Both the position numbers and the translations under genes were made by a program. Positions 1 through 10,469 of a stretch of DNA of 64,000 bases are shown piece by piece. The DNA comes from Eledone cirrhosa. Taxonomy: Eukaryota. The DNA lies in assembly GCA_964016885.1 (NCBI GenBank), contig OZ024741.1, positions 186,310,001-186,374,000 of the forward strand, in the 5' to 3' direction. Every line of letters begins with the position of its first letter. Position 1 is the stretch's first letter. The notes beneath the pieces were generated by a model. That model was not told the DNA's origin. It ran no database searches and saw only the letters and a program-made list of their open reading frames with translations.

Positions 1-495
1 AGCGTTATTTCGAAAAAAATATGTTAAACTGAAACTATGATCCTCTCATTCCTAATATAAAGTCTCACAGATAACGTGAACCCTTAAATGTATGTTGCAA
101 CGCGACGCGACCAGTCGGAATTCACCACCCACTCGAGCAACATGGCCTCCATCAAAACATCAAATTCATTGTGGAAACTAGGGTGGAAAAGCAACCAAAT
201 AATTGACGCTCTGGAGCAAGTTTAAGGGGATAATGCCCCAAGAAAATTAACAACCCACATTTTAGAAGTAGAAGAGATGAGGTTGAAGATGATCCACAGG
301 TGAAGATGTAAAAAAGCTGCTTTGACATGGTTTAAATTGCATGGCCGTCAATTTACACAGATATATTTAAAGGCTGGGATCAACGCTTGCAGAAGTGTAT
401 TGATCTACATGAAGCATGTGTTGAAAAATAAACATCATATCTTAAACTGCTTTTTCCAACTGTCTGTTTTGCACGAATGTTTTGAAGCCCCCTTG
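1..495 (+). mobile_element. Internally deleted mariner (irritans/Hsmar2-like) relic
   Basis: Broken frames give NIKFIV/KLGWKSNQIIDALEQV*GDNAPRK..FRSRRDEVEDDP (about 156-298). This is fused to the C-terminus LTWFKLHGRQF..WDQRLQKCIDLHEACVEK* (to about 431). The right TIR-like end ...ttttgaagcccccttg is followed by TA at 496. Confidence 0.85.
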
Positions 496-705
496 TATAT
501 ATATATATATATATATATAATAAAAGTATGTGTTTCTACATGTAAATAATACACATAGGGATACAAGTATTGTCCAACCGTATGCCAGTGTGGTTCATTG
601 GCAAGTTAATAAATTAACAAGCCAGAACATATAAAATCAAGAGAAAACAAATAGAGAAAGAAATTTAAAATAAATTTCAAAAAATTCACTGTACTTACTG
701 TGTGT

Positions 706-786
706 GCCTTTACCGCGGTTTCAAATCCCAAACATATAGACAATCCAAGCAGATTTCTATTGAGAAAGAGATCATCGTCAGAAGGC
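706..786 (-). ncRNA. Type I hammerhead ribozyme motif with long helix II
   Basis: Minus strand reads gcctt CTGACGA t gatctc...gggatt t GAAA ccgcgg TA aaggc. Stem I is gcctt/aaggc and stem III is the palindrome ccgcgg. Confidence 0.75.
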
Positions 787-1287
787 TTTTCTCACTCGGA
801 GAATATAAAATTCCCGAGTTCAAATTACAGACTGACGCCATATAAAACTGTTCCAGAATGAGAGTGAATGAATGATGAAACAATTTTGCCTACTAGCGTG
901 TGCAAAGACAGAAAGCGAGGTGGACAGTTCAATCCCGTGCTACTAAAAATAGCAGACGTTCAAACGACCGAAGGTTTCTCTACCGCTGGAGAGAATAATA
1001 ATAAAAGTATGTGTTCCTACATGTAAATAATACACATATGGATACAAGTATTGTCCGACTGTAAGCCAGTGTGGTTCAATGGCAAGTTAATAAATTAACA
1101 AGCCAGAAGATATAAAATCAAGGGAAAGCAAATAGAGAACAAATTTTTTAATAAATTTCAAAAAATTCACTGTACTTAATATGTGTGCCTTTACCGCGGT
1201 TTCAAATCCCAAACATTCTGGAACAGTTTTGTATGGCACCAGTCTGTAATTTGAACTCCGGTATTTTATATTCTCCGAGTGAGAAAA

Positions 1288-1368
1288 GCCTTCTGACGAT
1301 GCTCTCTTTCTCAATGGAAATCCGCTTGGATTGTCTATTTGTTTGGGATTTGAAACCGCGGTAAAGGC
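1288..1368 (+). ncRNA. Type I hammerhead ribozyme motif (inverted copy)
   Basis: gcctt CTGACGA ... GAAA ccgcgg TA aaggc. Confidence 0.72.
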
Positions 1369-1559
1369 ACTCATAGTAAGTACAGTGAATTTTTTGAAAT
1401 TTATTTTAAAATTTTTTCTCTACTTGCTTTCCCTTGATTTTGGCCTCTTAACTTATGTTGTTGCTCTAGTTCACTAGCTTCTATGCTCGCCACACATCTC
1501 GCAAGTTGTTTTTCGCTAATTTCCAATAGCCGAAATACGATTCTCGCTAATTTATATAT

Positions 1560-2191
1560 ATGCGTCGAAATACCAACGATAATCAGCAGACTACTGATGA
1601 GGACATTTTATCTCTTGGTCTATGTTTATTCATATGTTCATGTTCGCAACAACGGAGCACGCCATTCTTCATTCACATATTTTGTCCCTTCGCTGTGGTT
1701 CGTATTTTTTCTGTCCCCTTACTGCTATCACCTTTTCTTTCTCCTTCACCTCTTGCTTTCCTCAAATCCCGCTGCTTGTCACTCACTCTCGGCTGGTCCC
1801 TTCCTCACACTTTCACTCACACCCCCTCTCTCACTTCCTCCCGTCTGACCTGCTTGAATTTCTTTCCTCTCTCAATCTTTTCGCGGCTCGGACGTGTCTA
1901 TTTCTCCTCGTCAATTTGATTTGTTGGACTTAAGCCCACAGGATTCATTGACTTGTCTCTATTTTCCTCTCTTTACGTTGCATTACTACCATGTGTTTGT
2001 TTCCTTCCCTCTGTTTTCCCACTGTCCCAATAACTTAATTGAGTTATCGCTCGCACTGACTTTAGGTATCTAGTCTTTAATGCCTCGAAATACCAAGGAT
2101 AATCAGCAGACTACTGATGAGGACATTTTGTCTCTTCGTCTATTTTTATTCATATGTTCATGTTCGCAACAACGCAGCACGCCATTCTTCA

Positions 2192-2196
<5 letters not shown>
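1560..2196 (+). repeat. ~520-bp unit with ~120-bp direct terminal repeat; same family as 43842-44907
   Basis: 1560-1680 matches 2080-2196. 2023-2190 aligns by eye to the minus strand of 43850-44005. Confidence 0.75.
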
Positions 2197-2260
<64 letters not shown>

Positions 2261-2262
<2 letters not shown>

Positions 2263-3285
2263 CGAAGGAATTGTAGTAAGAAACCAGATGGACCATAACG
2301 CACCAAAGTACTCAATACTTAGGGTAGTAGAACTACCCCTTACACGGGAGGACGCCGTCCGTGCAACTTAGCTCGGAGGAACATACATGACAAATGTTGT
2401 TTTCGAAGGGCCAACTCCTAAACAAGAAAGACGAACTGGTAACCGCATTCAAACACAGATTGCGTAGGATTTACCTCGCCCTCAAACCCAATAATGACCC
2501 GGGGAGGTAGACAAGGGCTGATACCCCACTTGCCAATTTTGTAAGGGGTAACCCCTGCTTACAAAGGTAGACGTAACTTTTTTATATTTTCCTCTGTTTC
2601 CCTCTTCCCCCCATCTCTTCCTAGTCCTTCCATCCCAGATCTCCTTCCTCATCTCTTTTTTTCACCTTTCGCCTACCCCGATGCAGCCCATCGATCCTCT
2701 GTAGCCTCAGTAACCCCTCCCCCTAATGTTAAGATAGAATTGGTCGATTACGCTTTTTATAGCAGATGTGGTAGATCCCAGTAATTTTTTTTTCTTTTTG
2801 GTTGCTGCTCCATTTCTATGGTTTCTAAATTTCTTCGTGGTATTTTTGTATTAGTATTTTTGTATTAGTATTAATATTTTTGTAGTAGTATTTTAGTATT
2901 TTTGTTGCCAACTTATTTTTTTACTCCCTTTCGATTTACCTATTCTTACCCCCCCCCCCTCCTCTTCTACAGTACATTTTTTCGACCTTTTTACACTATC
3001 CTTAGAATCTGCTGTATAGATTTCAATTTCAACGCTTCACTGGGTGTCACCCACTCCCTCTTTGTTCTACCGGCAAGTTCAGCCACCCCTACCTCCCACC
3101 AAATGCCATGATCTGTCTTTACAACAAATTTTTGACCGACTTTCTTGACAATTACTATCTTCCCATATAAGCTAATACCCCCTGAGAAGTTCGGGTATTT
3201 ATTAACCAGGCTAAAAATTCTTATTTAGTCCAGATATAGCCGTCGAAACGGCTTCAGCCCTGCCGTCGGCGTCATACTTGTTCCT
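2261..3285 (+). mobile_element. 5'-truncated Penelope-like element: inverted 3' tail, GIY-YIG C-terminus, pLTR
   Basis: About 2338-2468 reads PYTGGRRPCNL/SEEHT*QMLFSKGQLLNKKDELVTAFKHR, resembling the C-terminal CxLC..LNKxxEL..H motif of PLE endonucleases. The ends match the foldback elements at 32611 and 57870. It is flanked by (TA)n. Confidence 0.75.
3177..3272 (+). ncRNA. Degenerate type I hammerhead
   Basis: acccc CTGAGAA(mutated core) ..cgggtat...atagccgtc GAAA cggc ttcagccct gccg TC ggcgt. Confidence 0.6.
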
Positions 3286-3296
3286 ATATATATATT

Positions 3297-3366
<70 letters not shown>

Positions 3367-3437
3367 TTGCAAGGTTTTTTATATGGCAACGTGTGTCGAA
3401 ACAAATATGGTTATACTTAGGGAGTATAAGCAAGTAT

Positions 3438-3477
<40 letters not shown>

Positions 3478-3480
<3 letters not shown>

Positions 3481-3620
3481 TGTTATGCTTTGGGAGGGTC
3501 ATGTTGCCAATAAGAAACACACGCACCAGTTGCTTTCACTCCAATTTATTATAAATTAAATTTATAAATTTCCGGTTGGTTTCAGATAAGGAATCTTGCT
3601 AAACAAATTCAGAAATGAAA
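3478..3620. mobile_element. Minimal foldback fragment of the 46167-49487 Penelope family
   Basis: The inverted pLTR end (ttgttatgctttgggagggtcatgttgcc...) is joined to the 3' tail (tttcagataaggaatcttgctaaacaaattcagaaatg), inside (TA)n. Confidence 0.8.
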
Positions 3621-3943
3621 ATATATATATATATATATATATAAATTGAAACAAAATGAAAACGAAATTTCATTTCTCACTCTTAGTATGGCACTTACTT
3701 AAATGTAAGTATGCATGTATACGTACATACATATATGTATACAGACGTACAGTAGCATGCACATATATATATATATATACATATATACATACATATGCAT
3801 ACAGGTACACATACATATATGCACGTATCAGTTTAGCGGCGCTAACGTCGCTTTGTTCGTTTGTAAACAAACTGAACAGCCTGAATTTATGCCATACGGT
3901 GTTAAGGCAACCACGTCACCTTTTTGTTCAACACTGACACAGG

Positions 3944-3988
3944 AACGATGTACTAGTTTCAAGCTTGTTAGCTATCATCAGCACCGTT
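3944..3988 (-). ncRNA. Minimal type I hammerhead, array copy 1
   Basis: aacggtg CTGATGA t agct aaca agct t GAAA ctag TA catcgtt. Confidence 0.85.
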
Positions 3989-4411
3989 TACCCATCTGCC
4001 AGATAGTTGAACGTTCGAAAGTATATACTTTCCTTATGAAAATTAACGGCTGAGCAGCCTAATTTGCATATTGAGTGAGTTAAATCGGTCAGGCATACCG
4101 AAAACGATAAATTGAAACAAAATGAAAACGAAATTTCATTTCTCACTCTTAGTATGGCACTTACTTAAATGTAAGTATGCATGTATACGTACATACATAT
4201 ATGTATACAGACGTACAGTAGCATGCACATATATATATATATATATACATATATACATACATATGCATACAGGTACACATACATATATGCACGTATCAGT
4301 TTAGCGGCGCTAACGTCGCTTTGTTCGTTTGTAAACAAACTGAACAGCCTCAATTTATGCCATACGGTGTTAAGGCAACCACGTCACCTTTTTGTTCAAC
4401 ACTGACACAGG

Positions 4412-4456
4412 AACGATGTACTAGTTTCAAGCTTGTTAGCTATCATCAGCACCGTT
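4412..4456 (-). ncRNA. Minimal type I hammerhead, array copy 2
   Basis: Identical to copy 1, 468 bp away. Confidence 0.85.
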
Positions 4457-4959
4457 TACCCATCTGCCAGATAGTTGAACGTTCGAAAGTATATACTTTC
4501 CTTATGAAAATTAACGGCTGAGCAGCCTAATTTGCATATTGAGTGAGTTAAATCGGTCAGGCATACCGAAAACGATAAATTGAAACAAAATGAAAACGAA
4601 ATTTCCTTTCTCACTCTTAGTATGGCACTTACTTAAATGTAAGTATGCATGTAATACGTACATACATATATGTATACAGACGTACAGTAGCATGCACATA
4701 TATATATATATATACATATATACATACATATGCATACAGGTACACATACATATATGCACGTATCAGTTTAGCGGCGCTAACGTCGCTTTGTTCGTTTGTA
4801 AACAAACTGAACAGCCTGAATTTCATTTTGTTTCAATTTATCGTTTTCGGTATGCCTGACCGATTTAACTCACTCAATATGCAAATTAGGCTGCTCAGCC
4901 GTTAATTTTCATAAGGAAAGTATATACTTTCGAACGTTCAACTATCTGGCAGATGGGTA

Positions 4960-5004
4960 AACGGTGCTGATGATAGCTAACAAGCTTGAAACTAGTACAT
5001 CGTT
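4960..5004 (+). ncRNA. Minimal type I hammerhead, array copy 3
   Basis: aacggtgctgatgatagctaacaagcttgaaactagtacatcgtt. Confidence 0.85.
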
Positions 5005-5425
5005 CCTGTGTCAGTGTTGAACAAAAAGGTGACGTGGTTGCCTTAACACCGTATGGCATAAATTCAGGCTGTTCAGTTTGTTTACAAACGAACAAAGCGA
5101 CGTTAGCGCCGCTAAACTGATACGTGCATATATGTATGTGTACCTGTATGCATATGTATGTATATATGTATATATATATATATATGTGCATGCTACTGTA
5201 CGTCTGTATACATATATGTATGTACGTATACATGCATACTTACATTTAAGTAAGTGCCATACTAAGAGTGAGAAATGAAATTTCGTTTTCATTTTGTTTC
5301 AATTTATCGTTTTCGGTATGCCTGACCGATTTAACTCACTCAATATGCAAATTAGGCTGCTCAGCCGTTAATTTTCATAAGGAAAGTATATACTTTCGAA
5401 CGTTCAACTATCTGGCAGATGGGTA

Positions 5426-5470
5426 AACGGTGCTGATGATAGCTAACAAGCTTGAAACTAGTACATCGTT
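5426..5470 (+). ncRNA. Minimal type I hammerhead, array copy 4
   Basis: Identical to copy 3, 466 bp away. Confidence 0.85.
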
Positions 5471-5706
5471 CCTGTGTCAGTGTTGAACAAAAAGGTGACG
5501 TGGTTGCCTTAACACCGTATGGCATAAATTCAGGCTGTTCAGTTTGTTTACAAACGAACAAAGCGACGTTAGCGCCGCTAAACTGATACGTGCATATATG
5601 TATGTGTACCTGTATGCATATGTATGTATATATGTATATATATATATATATGTGCATGCTACTGTATGTCTGTATACATATATGTATGTACGTATACATG
5701 CATACT

Positions 5707-5740
<34 letters not shown>

Positions 5741-6533
5741 CATATATATATATAGTTTAAAGTAACTAAGATCGCTGGTATTAAGTCAACGTTCTCTGGC
5801 CAATGTCTCTTTCTCTCTCTCTGTATATATATATGAGGGTGGTTATGAATTACATATATGTATGTGTGCATATATGTGTGTGTGTGTCTGTAACTGAGTA
5901 TGCGTGTGTTTGAATCATAATGTATTTGCGCCACATGCAATAATTCACTGATTTAATATATTATTTAATCCGCTTTCTCTTCTTCGTATGTGTCTTTCTT
6001 AATATATAAATGCGTCAGTGTGTGTAAGACAATGTAGATGTGTTCGTGCCCTTGAGCATATGTGTGCCCGGCTGTGTATAAATGAATGCAATTTCTTTAT
6101 CTTATTTTATTTTATAATGACGTATTTCTATGTGTATATCTCATTCTGTATACCATTATCTGTGTCTGGATGTAGATGTCTGTATAATGACTTATGTATA
6201 TGTGGGTGTGTAACATTTTGAACGTGACTCTATATATACATTGCTGTTATACGAGTATATATTATATGATAGGGAGAATTGGATACCCTAGTCACGCAAC
6301 CCCTGATGAAAGGAAAGTATCCTGTATATTACCATCAGTAATATGTCTACATAGACTGGTGTCTCCCTATAGATGTTCAATTTTGTATCATCGATAATGT
6401 TGCTGTTAGCACGGCTTTATCATCGGTTTTATTTTATTTTATTGATTTTTTTTTTTGCAATCAATTTCAAAACAAACGGTAAATAATAATAAAAAAAAAG
6501 ATATTTATGTGTATGAACACATAGATATCTATG

Positions 6534-6610
<77 letters not shown>

Positions 6611-6643
6611 TACATGAATCAAAGTTCTGTTCAAACCATTTAT

Positions 6644-6692
6644 TCGCTTACAATTGTTTCTTCCAAACCGAGGTTTGGAGTCTTCGGAGCAA
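6644..6692 (-). ncRNA. Degenerate minimal type I hammerhead (U4C)
   Basis: ttgct CCGAAGA c tccaaacc tc ggtttgga a GAAA caattg TA agcga. Confidence 0.6.
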
Positions 6693-6947
6693 TTTTTCAA
6701 TGATTGTTTACATACTTGACCTCCTTTCCAACACAAGAGACATACAGAAACATATCTATATATTGATGCACAGTGGGATGACATCCATTATAATATTTTA
6801 GTATGGCAATTTACATTCAAAGATTGAGCTATTTATCTTACTAGTAATAAGGTAGTAATAAATTACTGTCTTTCACTGTTTAGGGTTTAAAATATATATA
6901 ACTATAAAAAGTTTTAGTATATACATAACCATAAATAGTATTCTTAA

Positions 6948-7008
<61 letters not shown>

Positions 7009-7155
7009 TATGTCTGTGTGTGTGTGTGTGTGTGTGTGTTTGATGTGTGCTTTCAGGTGACCACATATGTATGCATGTATATGCATGTATATATATTTAT
7101 ATATATATACACACACACACACATATATATATATATAAATATATATATATATATG

Positions 7156-7219
<64 letters not shown>

Positions 7220-7994
7220 TATATATATATGCATATATACATATATATAGATAGATAGATGTGTGTGTGTGTGTGTGTGAGTGTGAGTGTGAGTGTGAGT
7301 GTGAGTGTGTGTTTGTGTATGGGTGTGTGTATCAAAGACTTAAGTGTAACATCTGTTTATTGCGGAACAACTATTCCTGTAACAATCCTCCTCATAGCTG
7401 TAGTGTTATGCAAATATTTATACTCAAGGAATTTCATTATTAATTGAAGCTGGACACTAACTGTGATTCTAACTTCACATCTATTTATATTAGTTTCATG
7501 AAGTGACATATCCCTTTGGTTCAACTATAATTACTTATGTAATTCCCTTCGTATAAATGCTTACATAATACTATGGCTACGAGCAGGATAGATAGAGAAA
7601 CGGTAATTACGCAATAAATAGATGTTACATTGAAGTTTTCATCGTTTTCTTGTATTATAATCTAAGCTGGCATGTTCCATTTCCCCAGATAATTTTGTAT
7701 TACTGGATTTACTGTAGCAATGGTATATATGACGAGTCCCTCGGTTACGCAGTATTTTCATTTCAACACGTACATCATCTGATCGTATCGAGTGTTAAAC
7801 TTGGTTTGTGCTCAGAAGAATAATGATTTTCAAAATCTGTATACATATATATATACATGTGTGGATAGCACGGGGCTTCGTTATCTAAACATTTCCCTCT
7901 AAATGACACACTTTGCTCTACGCTGATAAACCACAATTCATGATAGTATTAATCAGCTTAATATGATTTAATATATAGCGAATATATATATATA

Positions 7995-9029
7995 TATATA
8001 TAATTATTAACGGCGCTATACTCGGTACATACATTTCGTTAGTCTGGAGGACCAATTTGTTCAACCTGAGCCGCTGACAATGAACCAGAAAATATTTACT
8101 CAGAAAGAAATAAAGAAAAATAGGGAAAAAGAAAAGAGCACTAAACCAAGGCAGGTAATGATATAATTGTTCTAGAGGAAACAATCTTCCCCCAAAATGC
8201 GAAGAAACGTTAATAGATTAAAGTGGGGTACAAATTAATAGATTATTTACAATTGAATTTTGGGGAAACAAATAAATCAATATTAAGGTGGTCAGTGCTG
8301 TAAAAGTTACCTAGAAACGTTAAAACATCGCGAGAAGAATTCTGTACGTGAGTTAAGCGGTTTGTTGTTGTTGTTGCGGAGATTTGGGACGGGAGAAAGA
8401 CACTTGGAGTTACAAATAAGCAACTCGCAGCCGTTTAAATTTATAGAAAAGTAATCCCTTGATATTGAAGAATGTTTTGATCCTTCATTACTTTGTACTC
8501 TTGTGGAAAGTGTTGTAATCTTAATCAATAAAGTGATCCCCAATTTACAAATCCACCATTCCAATTAGGAATGGCTGCGTGAAAGAGCAAGCCTTGCCCA
8601 CCAACAAGAGTGAATGTCATCAACAAAATCTCTCACAAATGATACCATTCCAATGAGGAGTGGCAGTGTGAAAGAACAATCGTTGTTCCCCAAAACATCA
8701 CAGTGAATACCATAAAAAAAATCTATCAGAAATGACCCGTTGAGGTAGCCTGGCCTATAGATCTATCTATGCTAAAAACATTTTATATACTGAAGTTCTG
8801 TAAATGTTTTTTTTTAATTTTTGTAGAATACATTTTACTATTATTTTCTTTATTACTTTTTCTATTGAGATATTCTAAATATCTATTTTACATTATGTCA
8901 TGCAACATTTAAATATCTGTTGACACCTTTTATTCTAAGGAAAATGGACATTACGACAATTGACAATAGGTGCCTTATGAATAGATTTGAGCACACTACA
9001 GACCGGGGCGAAGGCCGGGAGGCCGCTAG
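7995..9029 (+). mobile_element. Internally deleted Helitron
   Basis: Helicase relics read LINKVIPNLQIHHSN*EWLRERA (about 8521-8590), EWQCERTIVVPQNITVNTI (about 8658-8715) and terminal AKNILYTEVL* (about 8771-8803). The 3' hairpin ccgg-ggcgaagg-ccgg is followed by CTAG|T at 9026-9030. The 5' end is approximate. Confidence 0.75.
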
Positions 9030-10047
9030 TATGTATATATATATATATTGCTGGTGGTGACGAGCCCATGTTTCTAACAGGGATATGTAGATGAATTATA
9101 CAGTCATACAATGCTGTTGACACCAGGCATAGAGCATGCAAGGCAGGAGAATTATCGATTTCTTGCTGTTTATATTGCCACACAAATTATCAAAAATCTT
9201 TCAGCTCCAGCGGAAAGTTTGTAACACTTAATCTAAATGAAAATTACGACTTTGTATGCCCGTATAATTTGTCGACATATTTCCCACAGAAACATTTTTT
9301 TTACAGGAAAATATAAAGGGAATTTCTATATATGTATTTTAATGTTTCCACTGTGTCTTCCACACAAAACCGTGAGAGTGGTGTAAAAGATAATTGTAAA
9401 TGCAACCCAATTGTAAATGTCAGAAAATATTAATACGACTTTACGCGAACATATTAAATTCTTGAAGCTATAAATATTTATAAAAATATTTAAGTCCAAC
9501 GTTTCAAATGAAAGAATTGAATATAGTTGGCTGTAGATTATAGAATTCTCAGTAATAAACTACGAAAGCTCATATAAAATATTTTATATTGAGAATAAAA
9601 TGTTATATTCGTTGAAAAGTGGTAATACAAAGATGAATCAACACAGGAATATTAAATATTATTGATGGGAAGCAGTACCTCTAGCAATCATTTCCTAATT
9701 AATTTTTCAACATTCCTTCATTCTGTTTTCGCCATTAACATCACATACATATATACACTATAGTTAGAAAGTAAACTGAATTGCATCAAATTTATTACAA
9801 AAGTTGAACTAAAATGATACTATATTTATTATTGTTATATCATGAGATTTACGAAATCGCTAGAGCCTCAGGCACAATAGCTTGCATTTCATCTGTCAAC
9901 TTCCTGTCAAACAATAAAGTACTAATTATGATCTACTCATAGAGTCGATATAATCACCTGTTTCTCTGTCATTTGCTGATTTCAGAAGCAATTATTAAAC
10001 ATCATAAATAATTATTGATATCTATTTAAGATGTAAATATTATTATT

Positions 10048-10206
10048 AATAATAGTTTCTCATATAGGCACAAGGCCAGCAATTTGATGGGAGGGTAAAA
10101 TCGATTAAATAGACCCCAGTGCGTGGTTGGTACTTTATTTTATCGACCACGTAAGGATGAAAGGCAAAGTTAACCTCGATGGGATTTGAACTCGGACCAT
10201 AAAGGG
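10048..10206 (-). mobile_element. tRNA-derived SINE, partial
   Basis: Reverse complement contains the B-box gagttcaaatccc and the conserved body ...ctttgcctttcatccttacg..gtcgataaaataaagtacc. Confidence 0.85.
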
Positions 10207-10306
10207 TATATTACTTTTAATAATGCTAAATATCAATCTATATAATGAGCCTCTGTCTATATAATAAGTACAAACGATTACTAATAAATATGTTCCTTGT
10301 GTTTAG

Positions 10307-10372
10307 GTTTCGTTTTTCAATTACTACGAGCGACAACCCCGAACACGTATCAAAAACACATCGGTTTCACTG
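10307..10372 (+). other. Candidate 66-bp host exon
   Basis: Branch-like ctaat at 10281, acceptor tgttccttgtgtttag|G and donor TG|gtgaat. All three frames are open; the product was not recognised. Confidence 0.3.
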
Positions 10373-10469
10373 GTGAATTGTATATGACTGGTCACTTTTA
10401 TTCTGTATTTCTCCCCACTGACAAAACTTAATCTGGATTTTGTATCATTAAATCAACTTTGGATCGTGG

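Larger units (their letters stand above)
518..1442. mobile_element. Non-coding PLE-type/retrozyme-like element: ~481-bp unit, partial tandem copy, then inverted copy
   Basis: 521 onward is repeated at 1002 onward (period 481). 1216-1442 is the reverse complement of the unit interior. It carries hammerhead motifs and starts in (TA)n. Confidence 0.8.
3641..5708. mobile_element. Hammerhead-containing 466-468 bp tandem array with central inversion (retrozyme-like)
   Basis: About 2.5 units run 3641-4820, then about 1.9 units in the opposite orientation run 4821-5708. Copies are nearly identical, there is no credible ORF, each complete unit has one HHR, and both ends lie in (TA)n. Confidence 0.9.

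Noticed and set aside
3715-4053. Repeated 112-aa ORF in the 466-bp array
   Set aside because: Half of it is microsatellite-derived, the frame is broken by TA-length changes between copies, and it has no recognisable domain.
3641-5708. CRISPR-like or simple satellite interpretation of the array
   Set aside because: There are no unique spacers, the context is eukaryotic, and the embedded hammerheads and PLE-type ends explain it better.
6296-6403. CTGATGA with nearby hairpins as another hammerhead
   Set aside because: No properly placed GAAA, stem III or UH site could be folded.
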